Positions 31,360-42,600 are shown, numbered from the stretch's first letter. The stretch is DNA of 64,000 nt from an uncultured delta proteobacterium (GCA_963696385.1 CAVOKF010000007.1:128001-192000); one strand, 5' to 3'. Notes: generated by a model from the sequence alone, not told the origin. Translations and numbers: made by a program.

Positions 31360-32615
31360 TGTTTGCGGTCCACGACTCGTGTCCGCCGGGGGTCGCCGGG
31401 CGCGTTCGCGCGAGGGCCCTAACCCCCACGAGAAGAGAGGCCGCCCCTTGACCTTTGCAGTCGGACTCGCCTTGTCGGGCGGAGGCTCGCGCGCGATCGC
31501 ATTTCACCGAGGAACCGTCCGGGCGCTTGGCGCCCTCGGGCTAATCGAAGCCGTCGACGTCGTTTCGACCGTCTCGGGCGGGTCCGTCTTTGGGGCAGGG
31601 TGGATGTCGGCCATCGCCGACGGGAAGGCGACAGCCGACTTTCTGGACGACCTGCTGCCCGTGATCGAGCGCGGCTTCGTAGTTCCCGCGATTTGTTCGC
31701 TCCGGTTTCTCCCTGTGATTCTCGGTCTGCGAAGTCGAACCCAACGGCTCGCGCAGGTGTTCGACGAGATCCTGACCCGAGGCAAAAAGCTCGGAGAGCT
31801 CCCTGCGCGGCCGCTGCTCTGCCTCAACACGACCGTGCTCAATCATGGACAGGTGGGGCGCTTCTCTCGCGAGGGCTTCTCCTGCCTCGATCTCGGCCAC
31901 CGCGACGGCCAGGGCGGCTACCCCCAAGTAGCGGTCCCCGTGACTCTCGGCTTCGCCGCCGCCGCCTCAGCCGCTTTTCCGTTTGGACTTCCGCCCGTCT
32001 CGCTGCAATCGCGGACCCTCGGCGTACCGCTCACGGGAGCCCTGAAGGGTCATCGCAAGATCGTCCTGACCGACGGCGGTGTCCTCGAAAACCTCGGGGT
32101 GCAAACGCTTCTGCGAAGCGACCGATTCGGCGCCCGGGACATCGTCCGCAGCGATGCGGGGACGGCCGATCAGTCCTGGCAACCGAGTTGGCTCGGCAAT
32201 CTGACGAACTTTGCGGCCTTTGCGCTCACGGCCGATACGCTCGCGCAGCTCGTGTCCGTCATGAACACCAAGCAGAATCGGTCGATGCGCGAGCTTGCCG
32301 TTCAGGAAATCGGTGCCGTCGATCCGCCCGAGGGCGGTCGCTGCTTGCTTTTCGTGCGCATCGACCAGACATGGGATCGCTTCGTTCGCGACATCCCGTC
32401 GCATCGCTTGCGTCAGCTGGGCGGCGGTGCGGGGCTACCCGCGAGCGACTCGGTGCAGGCGCGCGAGGCCTTCCTCGCCAAGGTCGGCGTGGACCTCGCT
32501 CCGGCGAAACAGAAGTTCGTGGCGATGGGGGGCGAGCCGGCCGTCGCGCGCGCGGTAACCGTCCGGCCGGGCCCGCACTTGATTTAGGGGCAGAAAGCGC
32601 GGTGCGATCGGGGGC

Positions 32616-32936
32616 GTGGGACGCGAGCGTCGGTCGCGAGTCTGGTGGTCAAGCCGAGTGGCGCGTTGGCGGCGCAGCGGGCTTACGGCGCGGCAATTCG
32701 CAGAGAGCGAAGGGCTTTCGGTGTTCTCGCTTCGGTGGTGGTCGAGCCAGTTGGCTCGTGATAACCGTGCGGAGCACGGTGCGTCGGCGATCGAGCCGAT
32801 CGAGATCACCGTCGAGGGGCGTCAGGCCGGCCGCGAACTGGTCGAAGTCGTGGTCGGCGCGGCGACGATCCGCTGCGAGCGGGGGACGGACGTCGGATAC
32901 ATTGCGGCGCTGGTTCGTGCGATCGCGGGTGCATGA
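32616..32936 (+). CDS. tnpA: IS66 accessory protein TnpA
   Basis: W..RVARWRRSGLTARQFA..EGLS..SLRWW HTH. Confidence 0.88.
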   Translation: MGRERRSRVWWSSRVARWRRSGLTARQFAESEGLSVFSLRWWSSQLARDNRAEHGASAIEPIEITVEGRQAGRELVEVVVGAATIRCERGTDVGYIAALVRAIAGA

Positions 32937-33298
32937 CGGTGTTCGGTTTCTCGCCTCACGTTCGCGTGTACCTCGCGTCGCAGCCGGTCGACATGCGTGC
33001 AGGCCACGACAGTCTGTTCGCGATCGTGAAGAGCTGGGACCTGAATCCGTTCAGCGGGGACCTGTTTGCGTTCGTTGGGAAACGACGAGACCGGGTGAAG
33101 ATTTTGGTGTGGCACCGCGGGGGATTTTTATTGGTCTACAAGCGGTTGGAAAGAAATCGATTTCGGATCCCTGCGATCCAGCCGGGAACGCGGACGGCGA
33201 TGCTCGATGCGACGCAGCTGGCGATGTTGCTCGATGGCATCGACGTCCAACACGTTCAACGCCCCGCGCTGTGGCAGCCTCCGGGTCTGGCGCGCTGA
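32933..33298 (+). CDS. tnpB: IS66 accessory protein TnpB
   Basis: PVDMRAG.D.L, LFAFVGKRRDRVKILVW..GGF...YKRLE. Confidence 0.95.
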   Translation: MTVFGFSPHVRVYLASQPVDMRAGHDSLFAIVKSWDLNPFSGDLFAFVGKRRDRVKILVWHRGGFLLVYKRLERNRFRIPAIQPGTRTAMLDATQLAMLLDGIDVQHVQRPALWQPPGLAR

Positions 33299-33405
33299 GC
33301 CCCGTCGCGGCCCTGTGTGTCCATTGGACACTTTGTCGCTGAAATCGTCGTCGGCCCCCACGCTAAGCCTTTTAATCTGCGCGGCGATGGTGCACGAAAA
33401 GGATC

Positions 33406-35010
33406 GTGGTTGATGCACGAGACGTCCGCATCGCGAAGCTTGTGGAGCTGCGCAAGCGCGCCGAAGAGCGTGAGCGACAACTGGGCGAGATCGTCGCGCA
33501 GCAGCAGACGCTGATCGCTGCGCAGCAGCAACTCATCGCCGAGCTGCAGCGTCGACTGTCCGAGCAAGATGCGCAGCAGAAGGCGCGCGCCGAAGAGATG
33601 AAGGCCGAGATCGACCGGCTGGAGCGGCAACTGTTGGGCCCGAAGACCGAGCGGACCCACGTTCCGCCGATCGACGCCGAGCTTCGCAACACCGAACCGA
33701 TGACCGACGAAGAGCGCGCGCGCCGTCGCGAAGAGATTGCACGCAAGCGACGCGAACGCGCACTCGCGAAGAACGCCGCGATGGCCGTCGAGGAGGTCGA
33801 GTACCCGGTACCCGAATCGATGAAGCCGTGCGCTCATTGTGGCGGCGTGCATGCGCGAGCTCTCGAGCCCGAGCAGAGCACGACGTACGAGTACAAGCCG
33901 GGTCACTTCATCCGTCGTGTGCACAAGCGGCAGAAGCTCGCATGCAGCTGCGGCCAGTCCATCGTGACGGCGCCGCCGCCTCCGAAGCTCGTCGTCGGTG
34001 GACAGTACGGCTTCGGGTTCGCCGCATTCCTCATCGTGGAGAAGTGCGCCGACTCGATTCCCATTCATCGCATTGAGAAACGATTCGGCCGACTTGGGAT
34101 CCCAATCTCGCGCAGCACGATGAACGATCTCGTTCACAAGGCTGCCGAGATTGTTCGACCGCTCGTCGCTCGACTGCAGACGCGAATCGCGGCTCTCGAA
34201 GTCGTGCTCGCCGACGAGACCTCGATGCGCTTGCAGGACCGTCCCAAGCGCGGCTTTGTCTGGGTGTTTCACGGTCACGATGAAGTCAGCGGCGGCAAGC
34301 TTGTTCTGTATGCCTTCGCCGTCGATCGAAGCGGCGACACGCCGGCGAAGATCCTCGGTGGCACTCGCGGCACTCTCGTGGTGGACGGATACACGGGGTA
34401 CAACCAGGTGACCGACCCGCTCGGACGCGCGCGCGGCGGATGCTGGAGCCACATGCGCAGAAAGCTCTTCGAGGCGCGCTCCACCCGTGCGGCCGAGGAC
34501 ATCGACCCCGCGCTCGGGATCATCCGCGAGATCTTTCGTGTCGAACACGACGCGACCGAGCAGAAGATCGTCCGCACTCCGGCCCATCTCGAGCTGCGAA
34601 ATGCGCGTAGCGCTCCGCTGGTCGAGCAATTCTTTCAGTGGGCCGAACACAAGAAGGTCGAGGTCCTTCCGAAGGGCCCGCTCGGCGAGGCGCTCGGTTA
34701 CGCGATTAACCAACGCGCTCGACTCGAGCTTTTCTTGTCGGATCCGCGTATTCCGATGCACAACAACGGCTCAGAGTCCCGCTTACGCGTTATTGCTCTG
34801 GCTCGCCATACGTACCTTTTCTTCGGACATCCACTCGCGGGCAAAAACTTCGCGGGGCTCTACTCGCTCGTCGGCTCCTGCATCGCCAACGAAGTCGAGC
34901 CGACGGAGTATCTCACCGACGTACTTGCGCGAGTCCGCGACGCAACGACCGACGAGCAGCTCGACGCGCTGCTACCCGATCGGTGGGCGCCCCACGGTCC
35001 AGCGCCCTGA
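33406..35010 (+). CDS. tnpC: IS66 DDE transposase TnpC
   Basis: Coiled coil, CxxC zinc finger, ADET, VDGY.GY, CWSHMRRK, NNGSESRLR, LLPDRW. Confidence 0.95.
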   Translation: MVDARDVRIAKLVELRKRAEERERQLGEIVAQQQTLIAAQQQLIAELQRRLSEQDAQQKARAEEMKAEIDRLERQLLGPKTERTHVPPIDAELRNTEPMTDEERARRREEIARKRRERALAKNAAMAVEEVEYPVPESMKPCAHCGGVHARALEPEQSTTYEYKPGHFIRRVHKRQKLACSCGQSIVTAPPPPKLVVGGQYGFGFAAFLIVEKCADSIPIHRIEKRFGRLGIPISRSTMNDLVHKAAEIVRPLVARLQTRIAALEVVLADETSMRLQDRPKRGFVWVFHGHDEVSGGKLVLYAFAVDRSGDTPAKILGGTRGTLVVDGYTGYNQVTDPLGRARGGCWSHMRRKLFEARSTRAAEDIDPALGIIREIFRVEHDATEQKIVRTPAHLELRNARSAPLVEQFFQWAEHKKVEVLPKGPLGEALGYAINQRARLELFLSDPRIPMHNNGSESRLRVIALARHTYLFFGHPLAGKNFAGLYSLVGSCIANEVEPTEYLTDVLARVRDATTDEQLDALLPDRWAPHGPAP

Positions 35011-35333
35011 ACCACTGGGGCGCAGCGCAACTCCCGCAATCCCCGAACGCGTCGCGCGTCGTCACGTCGATGCAGAGTGTCGCGCGAGTCCGCGACGCGA
35101 CCCCAGCACGACGTGCCGCTATCCATACGAGCGCAGCGCCTCGCCTCTGCCCCCTGAACCACTGGCCTGAAGTCGCCAAGCATGGTCGCGCTCTGTTGCG
35201 GCCGCGGCAACGACGTCAACGCGACGATGCTCTTGGCGTGCTCGCCAACAATCGCGACGAGTACTGGGACAAGAAGCTCGCCGCCGATACTTGGCAGGGG
35301 CCTCATCGCCGGAAAGGCCCGCCCCCTGAACCA
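34927..35333 (+). repeat. Three degenerate tandem copies of the tnpC 3' end inside the IS right arm
   Basis: CCCTGAACCA at 35005, 35152 and 35324; GCGCGAGTCCGCGACGC at 34927 and 35082. Confidence 0.65.
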
Positions 35334-35546
35334 TTCTTGGACTCAGGTCAACAGCGGGGCGCGCCGGACGCTTACCGCGCGCGAACGCCGTCGGAACGAA
35401 TTTCACGGGTCTTTCCCGTGAAGACTGCCAGGTGCTCGACGCGCACTCCGAGTGGCAAGTGTATGCGGCACACGCGGTTTACGGACCGTTATGCGGCGAG
35501 CGGCGATGAGTCCACGCCGGCCTGCCCTCCACGCGTTCGGGCGCGC

Positions 35547-37634
35547 TCACCGAGACGTGCGGAGCGGGCACACGCCCCCCGATTTGCGGTACTCGCGCTG
35601 CACGGCCGCCACAAGGTGCCCGTCGGCCATCGGCGTCCGCTCGCCGAACGCGAGCACCTGAGCGTGGAGTACCGCGTTGCGGATCTGCCCCCCGGTTAGC
35701 TGACATCGGCTGGCAACCTCCCGAAGCAGAGGCAGCGACGCGGCGTGAGCGGGCGGCAGGTGCGTCTGCCAAAGCCGAAACCGCTCGGCGACGTCCGGTG
35801 CGTGGAAGTCGACGACGACGTCCATCCGCCGTTGGAACGCGGTATCGATGTGGTCGCCGGCGTTCGTGGTGACCACGACGATTCCCTCGAACGTCTCCAG
35901 GCGCTGCAAGAGGAAGTTCGTCTCGAGGTTGGCGTAGCGGTCCGTCGAACTCTGCACCCCCGTGCGGCGCGCGAGCAGCGCGTCCCCCTCATCGAGAAGA
36001 AGCACGACGTCGAGCTCCTCGGCGAGTTCGAACACGCGCCCGAGGTTCTTCTCGGTCTCTCCGATGTATTTGTTGACGACCGACGAGACGTCGAGTCGAT
36101 AAAGATCCTTGCCGAGTGTCGAAGCGAGGATTCTGGCCGCGAACGTCTTTCCTGTGCCGCTCGGGCCCTGAAAGAGAACGCGAAGGCCGCCGCCGACCTT
36201 CGATCCGAAGGCAGCGCCGAGGTTCTGGCCGAGCTCTTCGCGAGCGCGACAGCGGACCGTAAGCTGATCGAGCTCGCCGCGCGTCTCCGCGCTGACCGAC
36301 AGGTCCCCCCAATCGCCTCCGACATCGAGCCGCGACGCCAGCGTCTCGAGCGCCTGGCGGTGCAGAGACCGGGCGGCCAAGCGGACATCCGCAACTGTGA
36401 CGGGGGGGTCCGTCACGGGGGGCGATAGGGCACCCCTCGAGCGCTCCGCCACGCCGGGAGCGGCGCCCGCCGGTCGGCGCGCCAGGAGTGCGTACGACCG
36501 AGCCATGCGGGCCACCGTCCGAAGGTTGCCGCTCGCCATTCGAAACGCCGTAGCAAGATCGTCGACCGACTCGGCCTGCGCCGGCAGCACCGCGCGCCAG
36601 TGTTCGCGCCGCTCGGCGGGGCTCGGCAGGTCCAGCGTGATCGCAATCGCTCGCTCGACGGCGGTGCCCGTCACGCCCCCCTGTCGCCCCGTCACGACGA
36701 ATATGGGACCGGCGTACGCGCCCGGTCGCTCCAGGTCCACCGACTCTCCGGGCGCGAGGTCCAAGACGACAACCGGCACCGCACCCAGCAGCGTGCAGAG
36801 CGACCCGGCGGTGCGAAGCCGCCTCTCCTCGGGCTTGCCGATCGAGTCGATCTCGAGGACCCCGGCGCAGAGCGCGCAGGCGAGGGCACCGGCGACCGTG
36901 CGTCGGCCGTTGTGTCGTGGGCCCCGGACGATGACGCCCGCGACCTCGCTCGCGGCCAGGAGCTCCGGCAAGCGTTCGATAAGCTCTCGAGCCGCGGGCG
37001 CCAGGACGAGCGCGTCGAGCGACGTGAGCGACGAGGCCGACCGGTACCGAGCCCACGGCAGCGGCGTCTCCGATGCCTCGCCGCGCATCGCGTCCCAGAT
37101 CGGCGCCGCGACTTGCAGGCCCCACTGAGCGCGCGCTGCGTCCAGGTTCGACGTCGTGACCAGCCCGAGTTCGCCGAGCCTGCGAAGGGCCGCGCGCACG
37201 CCCGGAGTTCCGCGACGGGCCGCCCAGTCGTGGAGCAGCCCCGCCGTCGGGCGCTGCTGGCCCGCGATGCCGTGGAGCGCCTCGAAGACGAATCCGAAGC
37301 GAGCGTCCTCGTCGGCGAGGCCGATCATCGCGAGCAGGACAAGGTCGTCGATCTCCAGACCCGCTGCGCGACGGAGGTTGGCGATCGGCAACGGAACAGA
37401 GGCCCACGCCTCGAAGATCGCGATCGCCGAGAGGCAGTCGTCCCGCGTCGCGAGGCCGCTCCGGGAAAGATCCGCCGCGTAGCCCGAGAGAAAGGCGAAC
37501 TGGCGCTCGACGAGATCGCGAGAGCCGATCGTCGCGTCGAGGTGCAGAAGCAGAGAGTGAACGGCCCCGAGGAAGAAGAGGCGGAAGTGCTCTTCGGGAA
37601 GGGATACGGAAGTGGGTTTAGGCAAAACGTTCAC
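35547..37634 (-). CDS. eCIS AAA+ ATPase (Afp15/Pvc15-like)
   Basis: GPSGTGKT, VVNKYIGETEKNL, LLLDEGDAL, DRYANLETNFLLQRLE; degenerate N-terminal AAA domain. Confidence 0.92.
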   Translation of the reverse strand: MNVLPKPTSVSLPEEHFRLFFLGAVHSLLLHLDATIGSRDLVERQFAFLSGYAADLSRSGLATRDDCLSAIAIFEAWASVPLPIANLRRAAGLEIDDLVLLAMIGLADEDARFGFVFEALHGIAGQQRPTAGLLHDWAARRGTPGVRAALRRLGELGLVTTSNLDAARAQWGLQVAAPIWDAMRGEASETPLPWARYRSASSLTSLDALVLAPAARELIERLPELLAASEVAGVIVRGPRHNGRRTVAGALACALCAGVLEIDSIGKPEERRLRTAGSLCTLLGAVPVVVLDLAPGESVDLERPGAYAGPIFVVTGRQGGVTGTAVERAIAITLDLPSPAERREHWRAVLPAQAESVDDLATAFRMASGNLRTVARMARSYALLARRPAGAAPGVAERSRGALSPPVTDPPVTVADVRLAARSLHRQALETLASRLDVGGDWGDLSVSAETRGELDQLTVRCRAREELGQNLGAAFGSKVGGGLRVLFQGPSGTGKTFAARILASTLGKDLYRLDVSSVVNKYIGETEKNLGRVFELAEELDVVLLLDEGDALLARRTGVQSSTDRYANLETNFLLQRLETFEGIVVVTTNAGDHIDTAFQRRMDVVVDFHAPDVAERFRLWQTHLPPAHAASLPLLREVASRCQLTGGQIRNAVLHAQVLAFGERTPMADGHLVAAVQREYRKSGGVCPLRTSR

Positions 37635-39616
37635 AGTCCAAGGTCCGTGTGAGGCAGCTTGCCGTTAAAGACCAGCGCCGCAGCCGAGACATTGGAAGTG
37701 CCGTGGAGCAGATGGCTTGTTCGCGAAAGCAACAAAGCATCCACGACAACTTCTCTCGCGCCAAGCCCATACCCGAAATGGGTAGGGCGGCCGTCGTGGG
37801 ATCGACGAGCCGATGTGTGGATCACCCTGTCGCCGTAGGTTGTCTTCATTCGATCGAGAAAGCGCCCGCAGTCAGTTGCGACGAAGACCCGAAGCTCAGG
37901 TCGCGTCGAGATCTGAGCGTCTACCAAAGCCTTGTAGCGGTCGAACGAAGGAGGTATGGCCTCTCCGATTTTGTCGGTGCCCCGGTAGTGGACTCCAATC
38001 ACCGCGCGACCCGCGAACTCGCGCGCAAAGTAGTCGTCCACCTGCGACCGCACCTCTCGGCGCGGATGAATGTAGCGCTCGACAAGGCTCGCAGAAATCT
38101 CACGTTGTCGATTGTTTATGCGCCCGCCATACCCGATGTCCTCCGAAAGGTAGTCGGCGCGCACGACCGCTCGGTCCGCTAGCTTCCGTTGCAGCGTGGG
38201 CGCGTCGAGCGCCTCCAGTGCGACGGGATCCGGATAAATGTCTTCGATGCCGAGACCAAAGACGGGGAGGAATGAATACTCCCATGCGTTTCGAGCGCCA
38301 TTTTGTCCAGCGTCGTCCCAGTAACAAACGTGTCGGTTTAGGTAAACCACCGGGATCAACCCATCGCGCTCCGCCAACTGGAGGTGGCCAAGGACCTGAA
38401 AAAACATGGAAAACATGCCGCAGCCCGGCCGAGCCGCGCTAACCAGAACGCAAGCGTGGCTATTGGCGGGACCCTCCGGATGCGGCGCTTGGCGCTCGCG
38501 GCCCGAGGACTCCCCGGCTCGTGACAGGCGCTTGGCCACCAGCATCACTTGCGTCGGAAAGGTCACCCGATCGCCTGCGGCGCCGTGCAGGGAGAACACC
38601 TCAAATGAGGTGTTGGCAGCAGTAGGCAACGGAATGATCGCTGTCCGATGTCCTAATGAAGCAAGTTGCCGGATCATAGCCTGGCCTCCGTCCCACTCGG
38701 TGCCGCACAGGACGAAGAGCGTTCCTGAGGTCCGAAACTCGACCACAACAGGCGAGACTCGCGACGCCACGACCTGCGTGAACCACTTTCCCAGTAGAGG
38801 GCCCGGGACGGCTCGGAACGGCCGAAGGGTGTTGCAGTGGGAAGAGACGCCAGGGAGCAAGCGCTCGATCAAATACCCCATGGTCTCGCTAAAGGTCACC
38901 TCAGCGCAGGCATCGGCACCGAGCTCGGACGTAGGACGTGGGGGAGAAGTCGCGATATAGTCCTGAATGAAACGCGCTTCGACCTCGCGTACGGGTCCGG
39001 TCAATCGCCGGCCCTCGTCATGCCGCACGCCGCTTAGGTGCAGGTGGTGCATTCGCACCGATCGCGAGGGGTTCTCCAGCGCTAGGCCAGCAGCACCGGC
39101 CTCGTAAGCGAGGCGGTTCTCACAACCCGGCAAGCCGAGATGCCAATCGCTCGGGAAGCTTGGAAGCGGCGTCTGGAAGATCCAAGCGTCCTGGCTCCAT
39201 GGGTGCTCGAAGAAGACCGCGCTCCCGTCGGACTGAACATCCCAGCGTGAAAGGCACAGAAGCTTCCCCCCGAGGTTGAACCCCTCGAGCAACGCAAGCG
39301 TGTGATCGAAGTAGATGTCATTGTTGGCAAGGATCACTCTTCGGTCCGGAAGCCACCGGTTCGCGTGCGCGAAAAGATCGTGATAGGTGAGCCGCCGTCC
39401 ATGGTGCACGAGCCGTGCTTTGGGGTCGCGGAGCACCGGGTAGGCCTTCACGTCGACAGGCTCCTCTAGAAACACGTGCACCTCTGCGATGTGCTCGGTC
39501 GCAAGGTTGCGCCGCAGGCAATCCACGAACTCCTCCGTACGTGCGGCGGATCGGTCCGGATAGAAACCAACCAGCAGGGCAAACTCAAAAAAGGGCATGC
39601 GTTGCCCACTTCCCAT
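37631..39616 (-). CDS. Fused glycosyltransferase: GT-A-like N-terminal domain plus NodZ/GT23-like fucosyltransferase
   Basis: ILANNDIYFD, SRWD, SQDAWIF; C-terminal IGVHYRGTDK, VFVATD, VDALLLSR...SNVS. Confidence 0.82.
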   Translation of the reverse strand: MGSGQRMPFFEFALLVGFYPDRSAARTEEFVDCLRRNLATEHIAEVHVFLEEPVDVKAYPVLRDPKARLVHHGRRLTYHDLFAHANRWLPDRRVILANNDIYFDHTLALLEGFNLGGKLLCLSRWDVQSDGSAVFFEHPWSQDAWIFQTPLPSFPSDWHLGLPGCENRLAYEAGAAGLALENPSRSVRMHHLHLSGVRHDEGRRLTGPVREVEARFIQDYIATSPPRPTSELGADACAEVTFSETMGYLIERLLPGVSSHCNTLRPFRAVPGPLLGKWFTQVVASRVSPVVVEFRTSGTLFVLCGTEWDGGQAMIRQLASLGHRTAIIPLPTAANTSFEVFSLHGAAGDRVTFPTQVMLVAKRLSRAGESSGRERQAPHPEGPANSHACVLVSAARPGCGMFSMFFQVLGHLQLAERDGLIPVVYLNRHVCYWDDAGQNGARNAWEYSFLPVFGLGIEDIYPDPVALEALDAPTLQRKLADRAVVRADYLSEDIGYGGRINNRQREISASLVERYIHPRREVRSQVDDYFAREFAGRAVIGVHYRGTDKIGEAIPPSFDRYKALVDAQISTRPELRVFVATDCGRFLDRMKTTYGDRVIHTSARRSHDGRPTHFGYGLGAREVVVDALLLSRTSHLLHGTSNVSAAALVFNGKLPHTDLGL

Positions 39617-39663
39617 TCCTCGGAGCTCTCCGCATTGTCATCCCGTCTCCGGCACCTTGTTTC

Positions 39664-42600
39664 TCATTTCTTGACTTCGTACGTCTCGAGAGCTTCGTCG
39701 ATTTGGTTGTTTACTGCTTTCTTACTAAACAAAGGCGTTAGAGCGCCTGTCTTCGTATCTATCTCATCTGCGCTGCAGACCATCGCAGAGGGGACGAAAG
39801 CCTCCTGATCGATGATCTTATCGACAATGTCCGCCTTTTTTCTTATTCCCGGATTGAGTGAGTTTTTTGCGTATGCGGCTGTTCGCGCTCTGTCATAACG
39901 AGGCACTACTTCATATCTAATGACCTTTTTCTCATCAAGGACTTTTCTTTTGACCAGCTGTTCCACCTGTATCAAGTGTTGAGCGTTCCCGCTTCGGGAA
40001 AGCGGTGTAAGATTGTTCCACGTATTTCCAGGACCATGCAGTAAACGATTGAGAAGATGACCCAAAACATAGTAACTTCCGTCCTTGTTTCTGCGCAGAT
40101 TCAGAATGTCGAAATTCTCGTTGCTCACGGAGGGGGTACTCCCAGGTGGTCCTTTCTTGGTAAGCCTGAGAACCAACATCGACGTTGCGTAGCCGTGGCT
40201 AGTCAGGCCGCCAAACTGCGGCGCAGTCGACTCGAGGAGCCCACCGAAGATGGAGGGCAGGATACCAGTCAGCACCTCGAGCTTCGTTTGAATTGCCGCC
40301 TTGATCGTCGCCGCTTCATCGTCTTTCAGCGATTTGGACGCTTGCGATCGAATCAGCTTCTCGAGTTCCGTAACGACTTGCAGTGCGCGGACGATCGCCG
40401 GTGAAGACGGTTGCCCCTCGAGCATGGCTCGGAGGCTTCCCGGCGCCTTGCTTGCCATCATGATCTGCGCGCTGCCCGGAGCTCCAGCGACGGAGAGCTC
40501 ATGGCTTTCGTCGTCGATCGTAAGCGACTTGCGGGCGCGCCACCACGCTGCCACCGCCCCTGCTGTAGAGTGTCCCAGGTTTAGGAAGAACGCGTTCGCC
40601 TTTCCAACAATCCACTGGACGGCCGTTTCAAGCGCCTTTTCAACTCGTTCCTGCAGCGCCTTGATCTTCGCGACGATGAAGTCCGTCACGCCCCCGAGGC
40701 CCGCGATCCGCGCTAGGAAGCTGATCACCAGCGTCAGCAGCCCGCTCAGCGTTGACTCCACTCGCGCGGCGGCCGCGCCAATCGCACCCGAGGCAATGGC
40801 GGCGATCGAGTCGATGAACGCAGCCACGACGGCGGCGATCTGCTTCAGGCGCTCGACGAAGAACATGACCGTGTTGTAAATGCCGATGATCGCTTGGATG
40901 AAGGCGCCCACGGGGCTTAGGAGCGAGAGGAGCTTGGTGACGGCCGCCTTCACGACCTTCTCTTCGACGAATCCGAGGATCGCCGAGAGGACCATGTCCT
41001 TCAGGTCGCCGAGCTTGTCCTTGATGACCTCCCACGCCGCCGCGGGCCCGCCCTTGACCAGCGCAACGACGACGTCGAAGCCCGTCTCCATGGCCTTCAT
41101 GATCGTCTCGCCGGTCGGGCCGAGCGCCTTGACGATCATCGCGCGAATCTTGGTCCAGGTGATCCCGAGTACGCTGAGGACGAACTTGCCGATCTCGGCC
41201 AGCGACAGCGCCTGCGGAATGTAGATGCCCGCGCCGCTTAGGGCGCCGGTGAGCCACCCGACGAGCGACGTCTTGAGGTGCGTTCCAAAGTTGGCCGCGA
41301 ACTGCTGGAAGCCGAGTTTGGCGGCGGCCACCAGGTGGCCAGCAAAGGCGATCGGATTCTGGAGGATGGTGTGGAGCGCCCCTCCCGCCTTCTTCAAGTA
41401 AGGCATCACCGCCGGGGCGACGACGTCGAAGATGATCTCCAGGAGGTTCCAGATCGTCCCGCCCGCCCAGGTAATGAACCGCGCGGCAAAGCCGCCGAAC
41501 ACCGCGCCGACCTTGGCGAACGCCCGCGGCACCAGGACGAGGTCGGCGATCTCCAGTGACTTCAAAGCCTGCAGGAACAGAGTCGGCACTTGTCGCACGA
41601 AGCCCAAGAGGTTGTTGAGTGCCGTTTGGAACCAGGCCCAGGCGCGCGCGACGGCGTGGCCCTTCTGGATGTTCTGCCAGATCTCTTCCTGGCCGATCAT
41701 CTTCATGAAGCCGCCGATTAATGTCTCGGCGTTGCGCGGGACCGCCTCCCCCGTGATCGGATTCTTCCCCAGTACGGCGCAGAGCAGATCCCACCCCGCA
41801 CTCTTCGACGCGAGTTCCGCCAAAGGTTGCAGGATGGCATCCTTGACGAAGTGAAGGATGCCGTCGACGAGCCCCTTGCCGAACGCGATGATCTGGTCGA
41901 TCGGCGTCGTGAAGATCGCGACGGCGCGGTTCCAGACGCCCTCCATGTTGAAGACGTCGGACAAGTGGAGCGACTCGATGAAGTCGCTCAACGCTTTCTT
42001 GATGGCACTCCAACTGAGGCCGAGCGAATCGATCTGGCTGCTGATCCAGGTTCCGACCTTGTCGAGGATGCCGTAGGCGTCGAGCGCTTGGGTGATGAGG
42101 GCGCCGCCGGGGAGAAGCTCGATGACGGCGCGCAGGACGTTCGCGGCGGAGCGATCGACCTGGCGAAGATTGATGGGGTTTTTGCCCAGGACGACGGTGA
42201 GCATCCGGAAGCCGGGGACGTCGTTGGCCTTGTTGGCGATCCAGTCGAGGGCATCGTCCTTGCCGAAGCGCTGAATGCCGACGTCGGTTGTGCGCTGGCA
42301 GACGGTGAAGGGGCCCCCCTGCAGCGCGGCGGCGGCGGCTTGACGGGCCTCGCGCTCGTAATGGTCGGCGGCGTCGCGCGAGAGCCTCTGGACGGCGTGA
42401 ACGGCGCCGCGCTGCTGGATGACGTGGGCGACCTCGTGAGCCAAAAGAGCGACGTCGCTGGGGCTCTCGCCGGGACCGAGAAAGATGTGGCGGCCGTGGG
42501 CAAAGGCGCGGGCGCCGACGGCGGTCGCGGCCTTGTGCGCTTTGGCATCGGAGCTCACACGCACGTCGCCGAGTGTGACGCCGAAGGTCGCCTCCAGACG

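Larger units (their letters stand above)
32555..35375 (+). mobile_element. IS66-family insertion sequence, 2821 bp, complete
   Basis: Ends GTAACCGTCCGGC / GTAAGCGTCCGGC (18/22 IR match); 8-bp TSD CGCGCGCG at 32547-32554 and 35376-35383; tnpA-tnpB-tnpC. Confidence 0.96.
31448..35509 (+). pseudogene. Patatin-like phospholipase interrupted by IS66 (segments 31448-32554 and 35384-35509)
   Basis: LALSGGGSRA, TVSGGS, ASAAFP, DGG; removing the IS plus one TSD restores the frame ...PAVARA-NAVGTNFTGLSREDCQVLDAHSEWQVY...RR*. Confidence 0.9.

Noticed and set aside
32933..33298. IS200/IS605-type RNA-guided TnpB nuclease
   Set aside because: This is the unrelated 121-aa IS66 accessory TnpB, with no RuvC motifs.
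35005..35333. CRISPR-like reading of the repeated CCCTGAACCA
   Set aside because: Repeats are only 10-14 bp with 147-172 bp spacing, lie inside an IS, and no cas genes are present.
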